Below are positions 9,199-18,610 of a stretch of DNA of 64,000 nt, piece after piece. Source of the stretch: Hanamia sp. (GTDB lineage: Bacteria > Bacteroidota > Bacteroidia > Chitinophagales > Chitinophagaceae). The DNA is taken from contig DATCFI010000133.1 of assembly GCA_036509585.1 (NCBI GenBank), positions 15,150 through 79,149 on the forward strand, given 5' to 3'. The first letter of the stretch is position 1. Each line of letters opens with the position of its first letter. The position numbers and the translations under genes are program-made. The notes under the pieces were generated by a model, which did not search any database, was not told the DNA's origin, and was given only the letters and a program-made list of their open reading frames with translations.

Positions 9199-11148
9199 AT
9201 GAAATTATTAATTTTATTTATTGGCTTTCTTCTTCAGGCGTTTAACGTTTTCTCTCAAATTGCTCAATCTACAGTTGCAAATGGTTATGTTGCCGGTTAT
9301 AAAAGCATTGTATTAAAAGATTCATCAAGAATTTATAAGCCAAATACATCAGTAACAGATGCTCTTCATTTCAGGCCTATTGAAATAGACGTTTGGTATC
9401 CGGCTGTTTCTTATAAGCCTGATGAATCTCCAATTAAGTTTGTGGAATTTGTGAAGCTATTGCAGGAACGGGCAAACAGGTTTCAGGATGATACTGTTTA
9501 TAAGAATTTCACTTCACTATTATTGCAATACATTAGCACAAATCTGCAAATCAGTGACACATCAAAATTATATCACCTGAAAACAAATAGTTATGAAAAT
9601 GCGACTCCGGCAGAAAAACGGTTTCCCTTAATTATTTACCAGTGTGCATACAATGGCATGAGCTATGAAAATATCCCCTTGTTCGAGCAACTCGCAAATA
9701 ATGGATTTATAGTTGCCTGTATAACTTCTGATGGCCGTTATCCGGGAAACATGACTACAAAACCGGAAGACTTGATGGAGCAAGTGTATGATGGATTGTT
9801 TGCGCTGCATAAGTTGACAGCAATTAGTAATATTGACTCAACAAAAATTGGTGTTATAGGATATAGCTGGGGTGGATTAGCTTCGTTATTCATGGCAATG
9901 AAAGATAAAAATATAAAAGCTATTCTGTCGCTTGATGGTTCAGAAATGTTTTATTACAGGGATTCAGATGAAGAAAACAATGACTTTAACCAACTAAGAA
10001 AATCCACAAACTTTCGCCCTGAAAATATATTGGCTCCATATCTTTATTTAGAAAGCGGGCATAAACAGGATGAAGACAAAGCCGATTCTATTTATAATCC
10101 ATTGAAACTACTCAAAAGAGAAAAGAAATATATGCGTTTTGCTAAAGCCACTCATGAAGATTTTTCTGTTATACCGTCATTAGCTTTAGAAGATAAAAAA
10201 GGCACCATTAAATGCTCGGGCTTTTACGACACAGTTATTACATGCACCATCAATTTTTTTAATCAATACCTCATTGGTAAAAATGATATGTTTACAGAAA
10301 CTGTAAATAAATTATATCAAAACAATAGTGTTGATTCTCTCTATCCTGTTCCTTTAGCAGATAGAAAAAATACTTCTTTACTCAAAGGAAGGGTGATTGA
10401 TGCAAAAACAAAACAGCCAATAGCGTATGTAAATCTTGGTATTCCAAACAAAAACATAGGTACAGTTTCCCAGACGGATGGAAGTTTTCAAATTGCTGCA
10501 AGTCTTTATGATACCATCGAAGTTTCAATGATAGGATATGAAAATAGAAGGTATATACCTGTTAGTCATGAAAAGGATAATCCAGTTGCGATTATTGAAA
10601 TGAAACCAAAAATGACTACTTTACAGGAAGTGGTTATAACTGCTAAGGCATTGCCTGTACGAACACTTGGAAATACAACTACTTCACACTTTTTTAGTAT
10701 TGGGTTACCACTTAAGTTTTTGGGTTCAGAAATAGGTGTAGTAATAAAGCCGGGTAAAAGACCCGTGTTACTAAAATCTTTTAGTTTTAATGTTTCAGAG
10801 AATCATCTGGATTCAGCAGTTTTTAGATTTAATATCTACTCGCTAAAAAATGGGAGACCGTTTGAAAACATAATGTCAAATAATATCCTGCTACATATTG
10901 GTAACCAGGCAGGGTCTTATCATATAGACCTGAAGGATTACAAAATCATATTGAAAGAAAAAGCATTAATTTCTCTTGAGTGGATTGATGGAGGAAAATC
11001 AGGAAACGAAAGGGGAGTTTTGTTTTTATCGGCTGGATTGTTTAATACAGGAACATGGCACAGAACAACAAGTCTTGGAAAATGGACTAAAGCTAAAGGA
11101 CTTGGTGTGGGATTTAATGTAGATGTTCAACCTTTGGAGAATAAATAA
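9199..11148 (+). CDS. Secreted alpha/beta hydrolase fused to a carboxypeptidase-regulatory-like domain
   Basis: Signal peptide; GYSWGG nucleophile elbow; HEDF; then LKGRVIDAKTKQPIAYVNLGI...GTVSQTDGSFQI...VSMIGY module. Confidence 0.75.
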   Translation: MKLLILFIGFLLQAFNVFSQIAQSTVANGYVAGYKSIVLKDSSRIYKPNTSVTDALHFRPIEIDVWYPAVSYKPDESPIKFVEFVKLLQERANRFQDDTVYKNFTSLLLQYISTNLQISDTSKLYHLKTNSYENATPAEKRFPLIIYQCAYNGMSYENIPLFEQLANNGFIVACITSDGRYPGNMTTKPEDLMEQVYDGLFALHKLTAISNIDSTKIGVIGYSWGGLASLFMAMKDKNIKAILSLDGSEMFYYRDSDEENNDFNQLRKSTNFRPENILAPYLYLESGHKQDEDKADSIYNPLKLLKREKKYMRFAKATHEDFSVIPSLALEDKKGTIKCSGFYDTVITCTINFFNQYLIGKNDMFTETVNKLYQNNSVDSLYPVPLADRKNTSLLKGRVIDAKTKQPIAYVNLGIPNKNIGTVSQTDGSFQIAASLYDTIEVSMIGYENRRYIPVSHEKDNPVAIIEMKPKMTTLQEVVITAKALPVRTLGNTTTSHFFSIGLPLKFLGSEIGVVIKPGKRPVLLKSFSFNVSENHLDSAVFRFNIYSLKNGRPFENIMSNNILLHIGNQAGSYHIDLKDYKIILKEKALISLEWIDGGKSGNERGVLFLSAGLFNTGTWHRTTSLGKWTKAKGLGVGFNVDVQPLENK

Positions 11149-11501
11149 AATTTCTGCCTCAGTGGGTGTTCGCTGTAAACACAACCTTTCGTTGGGTAGA
11201 AGATAGCGGCCGGAACCGAAGGTCAGACCGCGGGTTAAATTGGGGGCTGCTGTCTGCTCTCCCGTTCAAAGAATACATCGGAACCTTTGTTTTAATTTTA
11301 TAGACTCTTCCATTTTTCGTTTATACTTTATTGTTATTGAAATAAATTTAAATGATAAATACAAATGTTGCTTATTTCTTGCTTTACTGAAATACCCGGC
11401 TTCTGTGGGCAACGCAACAATTGTTTTTTCTTTCATGCTGCTTCAATGGGAAAAATGAACTTTTTATTGGTGGATGCCATTGGTCATGAGACCAGACGAC
11501 G
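11148..11501. mobile_element. REPIN-like mosaic: family D hairpin, degenerate family A REP, AT-rich core with CGTTTA-N9-GTTAT, inverted family A REP
   Basis: 11148-11265 aligns with 17428-17546; core 11313-11377 aligns with 19108-19176; inverted REP gccattggtcatgagaccagacgacg at 11476-11501 matches 22955-22982 in reverse complement. Confidence 0.7.
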
Positions 11502-11557
11502 ATTCCATCTGCTAATTGAAAGTTTAAAAAAAAAGAAGGGCGACATTGGATGGAAAC

Positions 11558-11825
11558 ATGACACTTATGGGTAAACGAAATAAATTGAATGTGGTTCGTG
11601 ACACGAACCATGGCGGACACAAACCATAGCTGGGTTGCAAGTGCCATCGGTACGACCGATTTTGTAACATGGGAATTTATTCCCTTGTCTCAACCTCGCA
11701 GGGTTTTGGCTGAAAACATAACACTTACGGCAAACGAAATAAATTTGATGCGATTCGTGGGACGCAAACCATGGTGGTAAAAAACCATTACTTGAATTAG
11801 AATAACATACAGGCATAAACGAAAT
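11558..11825 (-). repeat. Three reverse-oriented site copies, two followed by family C REP-like hairpins
   Basis: ATGAC-N9-TAAACG at 11558, ATAAC-N8-CAAACG at 11718, ATAAC-N9-TAAACG at 11802; hairpin tggttcgt-gac-acgaacca at 11592-11610. Confidence 0.75.
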
Positions 11826-11871
11826 ATAGCCACGCTAAGGAAGGATAAACATCTGTGTTTTATTTGCCTGA

Positions 11872-14208
11872 CTATTCCATTCCATTTCTCGGATCTCCCT
11901 TATACTTAAACTCATATTCATGCGGTGGTTCTTTTCCTAAAAGATTTTTTACAAAATAATCCCAGCGGAGCCGCACCTGGTAAATAGAATATTTTCCATA
12001 ACCATGATGGCTGTTGGGATAGATGACCAGGTCAAAATTTTTATTAGCATCCTGCAAAGCCTGCACTACAAGCAAGGTATTTTGTGGTGGTACATTGTCG
12101 TCCATCAGGCCTGCCACCAACATTAATTTCCCTTTGAGATTTTTAGCATAAGTCTGATTGGCCCCGGCAGCGTACTCACTATTGTTGATAGGTCCGTCAA
12201 AACGATCGCCCCAGTCAGATTCATAATTGCGATTATCGTGGTTGCCGGATTCAGCGATACCTACCTTAAAGAAATCCGGGTAACGGAACATAGCACCTGC
12301 TGTAGCAAAACCTCCTCCTGAATGCCCCCAGATACCGACGCGCGTGGTATCCATGTAAGAATAACGGCCGGACAATTCCCTGATTCCGGCAATTTGGTCG
12401 GGCAATGTATTAACAGACATATCACCATAACTCATGTCCTGGAAATGCTTTGTTCTTAATGGGTTGCTTGTGCCTTCAATTTGCACAACCACGAATCCTA
12501 ATTCGGCCAGCGCCTGGTTATCACCACGTGCAGGATAAAAAGACCAGCTTCCTACGCTTCCGCCCTGGGGACCCGGATAAATATAATCAATGACCGGATA
12601 TTTTTTCTGCGGATCAGGATGGAAAGGGGTAAATAGTAATCCATAAATTTCATTTTCTCCGTCTGCAGCTTTTACTTTAAAGGGAACCGGTGGTTTCCAT
12701 CCCTTTGCTTCCAACCTGGAAATGTCTGTTTTAGCTAATGTCATAACCATTTTTCCATCCGATTTACGCAATACAGTCACAGGTGGTACATCCGGCTTTG
12801 AATAACTGTCAATAAAATATTTTTGCGATGGGGAATAAGTAATATCATGATTTCCCGACTCAGGTGTGAGTATTTTAAATCCTTTACCGTCAAAATTTAC
12901 CTGGCAAAATTGAATGAAATAAGGATTTTCTGCTTCCAGTCCTGCCGCCATAAAATAAATAATGCGGGCTTTATCATCTACTTTTATTATTTGAGAAACA
13001 TCATAATTTCCATCGGTAATTTTATTTTTCAATTTACCGGTAACCGCATCATATAAATAAAGGTGATCCCAATCATCACGTTGAGAAAACCATATAAATT
13101 CATGGGATGAGGGAAGATAACGCCAGTTTACTCCACCGAATCCTGATTCAAATTGAGTAGGTACATCTTCTTCAAAAATTTCACTCACATCACCTGTCAC
13201 TGCATCTGCAATACGCACTTTTTCTGTTTTATGAAAACGGGAGGTAGAAACAAAAACCAGCTTACTTCCGTCGGGACTCCATTCTACATCCACCATTTTA
13301 CCATCAGCGGCAATATCATCCATATCTGTGGAACGGCGGGGATCAGGAGGAATTTTAAGGAATATAACTTTTGGATTATCTACATTAATAACAACACGAT
13401 ATATTTTCATTTGTGCAGTATCGCCGGGGAATTCATATTTCCATTTATCCAAATGGGGTGCGCCCACATTGGTAGATACCGAATACATATCGGTTACATT
13501 ACGCTGATCTTGCTTAAACGTAGCTATCTTTTTAGAATCAGGCGACCAGAGCAATATGGCCCCCTCACTATGCCGCCAGCTTGCATTGTCTGTGGCGTAT
13601 CCAAAATCTTCCGCGCCATCAGTTGTAAGTTGTGTCTCTTTCCCTGACGCTATATCCCGTACCCATAAATTCCAGTCTTTGATATGGGCCGCCAGCTTGC
13701 CATCAGGAGAAATAACTTCATCACTGAAATTTCTTCTGTAACGGCTCATCACAGGGGAAGATAATTTCTGATCACTTTGCGTACATTGATAACTTTCCAG
13801 GTCACACTGCCATTCTTTATCATCAGCCCGAAAAAGAATCGCCTTATTATCATCTGAATATTTAAAATATTGAAATGGCAACATACCAGATGTATAAGTA
13901 TTGCCAGTTGCTTTTGAAAGGGAAGCAGCCAGTTTTTCCTGGTCGAACGCGGGTTTGCGTGTACCTTTTTCCGGATCAATTAAAACAAAATCACTTCCTG
14001 TGGCGGTCAAATCACGAAACCAAAAATGATCACCAGAGGTCCAGTTGGGCCTTACACTTTCGTGATCTAAATATGGAGCGACGTTATAAGAAAGAAATTG
14101 CTCTGCATGAGCATAATCGCTTGTTGTCAATGAATCGGGTGATGGTTGTGCATAAACTGAAACTGTTATTGACAGCAGGATAACAGGAAAGTAAAGTTTT
14201 CGTATCAT
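11872..14208 (-). CDS. S9 family peptidase (dipeptidyl peptidase IV-like)
   Basis: Signal peptide; beta-propeller with SPDGK/WSPD repeats; GIWGHSGGG catalytic Ser, DDNV Asp and HGY His. Confidence 0.92.
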   Translation of the reverse strand: MIRKLYFPVILLSITVSVYAQPSPDSLTTSDYAHAEQFLSYNVAPYLDHESVRPNWTSGDHFWFRDLTATGSDFVLIDPEKGTRKPAFDQEKLAASLSKATGNTYTSGMLPFQYFKYSDDNKAILFRADDKEWQCDLESYQCTQSDQKLSSPVMSRYRRNFSDEVISPDGKLAAHIKDWNLWVRDIASGKETQLTTDGAEDFGYATDNASWRHSEGAILLWSPDSKKIATFKQDQRNVTDMYSVSTNVGAPHLDKWKYEFPGDTAQMKIYRVVINVDNPKVIFLKIPPDPRRSTDMDDIAADGKMVDVEWSPDGSKLVFVSTSRFHKTEKVRIADAVTGDVSEIFEEDVPTQFESGFGGVNWRYLPSSHEFIWFSQRDDWDHLYLYDAVTGKLKNKITDGNYDVSQIIKVDDKARIIYFMAAGLEAENPYFIQFCQVNFDGKGFKILTPESGNHDITYSPSQKYFIDSYSKPDVPPVTVLRKSDGKMVMTLAKTDISRLEAKGWKPPVPFKVKAADGENEIYGLLFTPFHPDPQKKYPVIDYIYPGPQGGSVGSWSFYPARGDNQALAELGFVVVQIEGTSNPLRTKHFQDMSYGDMSVNTLPDQIAGIRELSGRYSYMDTTRVGIWGHSGGGFATAGAMFRYPDFFKVGIAESGNHDNRNYESDWGDRFDGPINNSEYAAGANQTYAKNLKGKLMLVAGLMDDNVPPQNTLLVVQALQDANKNFDLVIYPNSHHGYGKYSIYQVRLRWDYFVKNLLGKEPPHEYEFKYKGDPRNGME

Positions 14209-14577
14209 GAAAGTAAATATTTTTGGACGGCTCTAAGGTATAAAAAATAAGATACAAACAATTTACCTTTTATCCTTTTCTTAATAATCAAGCGAACCAG
14301 GATAATTGCTATGTTGCCAGCGGAAGAGAGTGGCCAGGTACCAAAACCGAATACTAATGCAGGTTTCATTTTATCCAAATAGAAAAGTAAATGCTATAAA
14401 ACCCCGCTTTCTGTGGAGCCTTTTAATAATTAAAGCGCGCTATCCTTAGTTTGCAAAAGGATATTGTATTGGGCTTGCGGCTTTAAATTGCGCTTCGGCC
14501 AAAGGTAACGAACGCATCTTCAAAAAACGATAAAAAATTGTTTAACCCCTATGGATAATCATAAAATATTTCCGTTA

Positions 14578-14607
14578 TAAAAAAAGGGCCTTCCTTTCAG
14601 AAAGCCC
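14578..14607 (-). terminator. Rho-independent terminator
   Basis: On the minus strand, gggctttc-tgaaag-gaaggccc followed by a T tract, just after the 14630 stop. Confidence 0.7.
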
Positions 14608-14629
14608 ACTTAAAACTCCAGTTAAAATA

Positions 14630-14887
14630 CTATTTTGTTGAAGAACCTTTAGATGAACTTGTATCATCGTGCATATCATCATCGTGCATGGTCCCTGCCT
14701 TTTGAGCATATTTTGATGCGGCTTTTTTGCTTTGTTCGTCAGCCTTTGCCTGATGACCATTTGCAGCCATTGCATGATGCGCCGCCTTTTCATCATTTCC
14801 TTCTTTGGAATGTTTAGCAGCTTCTGTGTGATGTTTAGCGGCAGCTTCATTATGTTTGGCTGCGGCCTCGTGATGTTTTGTTGGCAT
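14630..14887 (-). CDS. Small His/Ala/Lys-rich heptad-repeat protein
   Basis: KHHEAAA KHNEAAA KHHTEAA KHSKEG repeats; A-rich start context; own terminator. Confidence 0.8.
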   Translation of the reverse strand: MPTKHHEAAAKHNEAAAKHHTEAAKHSKEGNDEKAAHHAMAANGHQAKADEQSKKAASKYAQKAGTMHDDDMHDDTSSSKGSSTK

Positions 14888-15444
14888 TTTACAATTTTTT
14901 TTAGTTAACCATGTTCAAAACAAAGCAATTGTGCTGCCACAATTTTCAACGCCGTTAGCTATTTAACAGTTAAGTCTGAAATAAGTACTTTAGCTATTAT
15001 TCGGGTATAAATATGACAAATAAATGTTTCTGTATTCTCTAAACCGGAGATATATAATTTTATTTTGTACTTGTATTCCAAAAATGCACGACGCTTTTGT
15101 AGATATTTATACTCTTGTAGACCCACTTTTGTGCGAGATGGTTGTTATTGAGTTTCCAGCGTCCGCATTTTGGCACAAGAATGATGGTCAGGAAAAGAGT
15201 GAGGGAGTTACTCTAAAAGCTTGAATTAGAGAAGGTCCTTTTAATCAATACTGAAGAGATGTGTATATTTACTTCATGAGCAATTAATCCGGAAGATTGT
15301 TAGTTTTGGATCGCGCAGGAATTTAATAACATGCAAGGATTCTTTGATTTAATTTTTATTTCATAATTATGACAAATTGTAAAAAAAACTTTATAGTAAA
15401 AAAACAAAGAAATAAATACCGCTTAAAAATATAAATGATTCATT

Positions 15445-17421
15445 ATGAAATTAAAATTAACCTTCTTATTCTTTGCCTTGTATTTAGTTCAATGCGCTTA
15501 TGCGCAAAAAGCAAAAAACTTTGATGTGCCATCGCCGGATGGAAATATCAAACTGCATGTTGAAACTTCCGGTAAAATAATATGGTCGGTAAAAGACAGA
15601 GATCAAATCATTATTGAGCCTTCGTCCATTTCATTACAATTGCAAAATGAAACGCTGGGTGATAAGGCGATAATTACTTCCTCCAAAACAGAAAAAGTAA
15701 ACAATACAATTACTGCCATCCATTATATCAAAGCAACTATTCCTGATAATTACAACCAACTCACTTTAAAATGTAAAGGAGATTATGGTTTACTATTCAG
15801 GGTTTATAATGATGCCGTTGCCTATCGCTTTTTTACAAAGAAAAAAGATAGTATCATCGTCAAGAATGAAGAAGCTAATTTCAATTTTACAAACGATGAT
15901 AGTGCGTTCATCCCCATACAATGGGATTATCGTGACGGACAAAATTTCAACTCATCATTCGAAGCGCTATATCATCACATAACGCTATCGGAATTTCCAA
16001 AAGATTCACTGGCATTTCTTCCTTTACTGGTGGATGTAGGCAATGGAAGAAAAGCAGAAATACTCGAAGCAGATCTCGAAGATTATCCCGGCATGTACCT
16101 CGATTTAAATGAAACAAACAAAGGGTTGAAAGGTGTGTATGCGCCGTATCCTGCAAAGGAATATTTGCATGGCATCAATTACATCGTGTCAGACAGGGAA
16201 GCTTATATTGCCAAAACAAGCGGCACCAAAAATTTTCCGTGGCGTATTGTTGCCATCAGTGAACAGGACAAAGATTTATTGAATAATGATATTGTGCAAA
16301 AGCTTGCATCACCACCAAGACTTACCGATTATTCATGGGTAAAACCAGGGCAGGTTTCATGGGATTGGTGGAACAACTGGAACGTTACACATGTTGACTT
16401 TCATGCAGGCATCAACACCGATACTTATAAATATTATATTGATTTTGCGGCTGCCAACAAACTGCCTTACATTATTATGGATGAAGGTTGGAGTGATGAT
16501 CTTGATCTTTTAAAAGTAAAGTCATACGATCTGAATCTGCAGGAGATTATAGATTATGGTAAACAAAAAAATGTGGGTGTTATTCTTTGGGCAACATGGT
16601 ATGCAGCTTCCCATCAGACAGACGCTGCATTTTCTACTTATTCAAAGATGGGTGTGAAAGGTTTTAAAATAGATTTCTTTGATCGCGATGACCAAAAAGT
16701 TGTTGAGTCAACTTATGCTATTGCAAAGAAAGCTGCCGAATATAAACTGATGGTTGATTATCATGGCATGTATAAGCCGACAGGCTTGCAACGAACTTAT
16801 CCAAACGTAATTGGCTTTGAAGGTGTGAAAGGTTTGGAGAATTTTAAATGGGCTGATGAAGATCAGCCGCGATACACCACCAGCATTCCTTTTATACGCA
16901 TGATGGCCGGCCCGATGGATTATACGCCAGGCGCTATGCGTAATGCAACGAAGGATGATTTCAGGCCGATTAATGGTAACCCAATGGCGAAAGGCACCCG
17001 TTGTAACCAGCTTGCTGAGTATGTTGTTTTTTACGCTCCATTGCAAATGTTGTCTGACAATCCGACAATATATATGCGTGAAAAAGAGTGTACCGATTTT
17101 ATAATACAAGTGCCTACAACATGGGATGAAACGGTACCTCTTGACGGCAAGGTCGGTGAATATGTTGCGGTGGCCCGTCGAAAAGGAAGCGATTGGTTTG
17201 TAGGTGCGATGAGCAATTGGAATGCAAGAGATATTACACTTGATTTTTCATTTCTTCCCGCAGGAAAATATACAGCCGAAGTTTTTAAAGATGGTGTAAA
17301 TGCAGATCGCAATGCAACTGATTATAAAAAGGAAATCATTACTATTTCTTCAGGCGATAAAATAAATATTCATTTGGCATCGGGTGGTGGCTGGGCAGCA
17401 AGAATAAGCAAGGCACCATAA
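15445..17421 (+). CDS. Glycoside hydrolase family 97
   Basis: Signal peptide; SPDGNI, KPGQVSWDWW, GFKIDFFDRDDQ, FEGVKGLE and GPMDYTPGA motifs. Confidence 0.93.
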   Translation: MKLKLTFLFFALYLVQCAYAQKAKNFDVPSPDGNIKLHVETSGKIIWSVKDRDQIIIEPSSISLQLQNETLGDKAIITSSKTEKVNNTITAIHYIKATIPDNYNQLTLKCKGDYGLLFRVYNDAVAYRFFTKKKDSIIVKNEEANFNFTNDDSAFIPIQWDYRDGQNFNSSFEALYHHITLSEFPKDSLAFLPLLVDVGNGRKAEILEADLEDYPGMYLDLNETNKGLKGVYAPYPAKEYLHGINYIVSDREAYIAKTSGTKNFPWRIVAISEQDKDLLNNDIVQKLASPPRLTDYSWVKPGQVSWDWWNNWNVTHVDFHAGINTDTYKYYIDFAAANKLPYIIMDEGWSDDLDLLKVKSYDLNLQEIIDYGKQKNVGVILWATWYAASHQTDAAFSTYSKMGVKGFKIDFFDRDDQKVVESTYAIAKKAAEYKLMVDYHGMYKPTGLQRTYPNVIGFEGVKGLENFKWADEDQPRYTTSIPFIRMMAGPMDYTPGAMRNATKDDFRPINGNPMAKGTRCNQLAEYVVFYAPLQMLSDNPTIYMREKECTDFIIQVPTTWDETVPLDGKVGEYVAVARRKGSDWFVGAMSNWNARDITLDFSFLPAGKYTAEVFKDGVNADRNATDYKKEIITISSGDKINIHLASGGGWAARISKAP

Positions 17422-17427
17422 AAAGGG

Positions 17428-17714
17428 AAATTTCAGCCTCTGTGAGTGTGTGCTTGAAGCATGACTTTTCGGCGGATGGGGATAGCGGTCGGCGCCGAAG
17501 GTCAGACCGGGGGTTAAATTGAGGAACGCCGTCTGATCTCACGGGCAACCTATCCAGATAAAACCTCGCGGATGAATAGTAATAATCTTCCGGCTTTTCA
17601 CACAAACCTGCCTTCATCGGATTCTGATTTATTTGGCCAGGAGACCAGACGGCGGCCCCCACTGGCGGATTGAAGGATTTGGAAAATAAAGAAGTAACAC
17701 CCGCATTGGTTAAA
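17428..17714 (-). mobile_element. REPIN-like remnant containing the 3' fragment of a RAYT (REP-associated tyrosine transposase)
   Basis: Minus strand 17548-17634 reads INQNPMKAGLCEKPEDYYYSSARFYL, a RAYT/IS200-like C-terminus. It lies between a degenerate REP (17528-17550) and an inverted REP (17635-17656). Confidence 0.75.
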
Positions 17715-17982
17715 AAATCGGTCATGCCTACGGCATTGGGAGATAATCTTTATTATTTCTGATTGCTGTGATTGACTCCAAAATAATTGGTGAGACGGAA
17801 GCAGTTTGACCGCTGCCCGGGTGTCCACCAACCGGCGACATTTTGAAATGTACCCTATTTGGTTTACTATAATCCACAGGTTAATAATTTTGATCAGATT
17901 AAAAAAGTAATCTCTTTATTCTGGCAGCATAATTGTAAATACTTTAGTAAATTGTTATTAAAATTATTAAAAAATTAAAATC

Positions 17983-18123
17983 ATGCTATTTACAAGTATT
18001 TCTCTTGCTTTTGTAGCAGCCGTTATTGCTATTTTCATATTCAGAAGTTTAAGAAAGAAAAAGAATGAAAAAATTAATATTAATGAAAAAGAATATGAAG
18101 AAAAAAAAGGCATCATAGATTAA
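17983..18123 (+). CDS. 46-aa single-pass membrane microprotein (not in the ORF track)
   Basis: MLFTSISLAFVAAVIAIFIFRSLRKKKNEKININEKEYEEKKGIID; start context aaaaattaaaatcATG; transmembrane segment followed by a basic stretch. Confidence 0.6.
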   Translation: MLFTSISLAFVAAVIAIFIFRSLRKKKNEKININEKEYEEKKGIID

Positions 18124-18177
18124 TTAATTTATTTAGAATATTTTCCTAAATACACAAAAGTTTCAAATACTTCTGCT

Positions 18178-18200
18178 GCTGTTGGCGGGACGCCAACAGC
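18178..18200. repeat. REP-like hairpin, family B
   Basis: gctgttggcg-gga-cgccaacagc, a perfect 10-bp stem; related to 48339-48362 and 17811-17835. Confidence 0.65.
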
Positions 18201-18349
18201 GTTTTCAAACCTGATTACTTCTGTACCTGAAAATTATAACCAATGTCGGTGTTCCTTTCAGACTGGCGCATGCCTCCCGGCATATGACTGTTTGTTACTA
18301 ACCAATGTCGGTGTTCCTTTTTCTTCAGATTGCCAACTCCTGAAAGTAC

Positions 18350-18609
18350 GCCGCCGTCTGGTCTCCCGACCAACGGCATTAAGCAAATGCCCCTCTCAAT
18401 TACCTTTAATGTGTTTGCATTTTAAAACTATCCAACCTATCCAGAAAAAAATTCGCAGATGAATAGTAATAATCTTCCGGCTTTCACACAAACCTGTCTT
18501 CATCGGATTTTGATTAATTTGGGGCCGTTGGTCAGGAGACCAGACAGCGGCACCCACTGTCGGATCGAAGGCTTTGGAAAATAAAGAAGAAATACCCGCA
18601 TCGGTTAAA
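18350..18609 (-). mobile_element. REPIN-like element: inverted family A REP pair enclosing a RAYT 3' end
   Basis: gccgccgtctggtctcccgaccaacggc (18350-18377) and its inverse (18524-18551) differ at 2 positions. Minus strand 18406-18520 encodes INQNPMKTGLCE[frameshift]PEDYYYSSANFFLDRLDSFKMQTH*. About 170 bp is shared with 17546-17714. Confidence 0.8.
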
Positions 18610-18610
18610 T

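Noticed and set aside
11558-11825. CRISPR array
   Set aside because: Repeats are degenerate, only three, unevenly spaced, and there are no cas genes in the window.
14205-14369. 54-aa minus-strand ORF overlapping the S9 peptidase start (ATGA)
   Set aside because: Its 3' half runs through the likely S9 promoter, and the similarity to small membrane-protein families is too weak to call.
15024-15224. 66-aa ORF upstream of GH97
   Set aside because: No recognisable motif or support from composition.
17342-17831. ORFs 17342-17725 and 17598-17831 as real genes
   Set aside because: They are chimeric read-throughs of REP hairpins; only the ~30-codon RAYT segment is meaningful.
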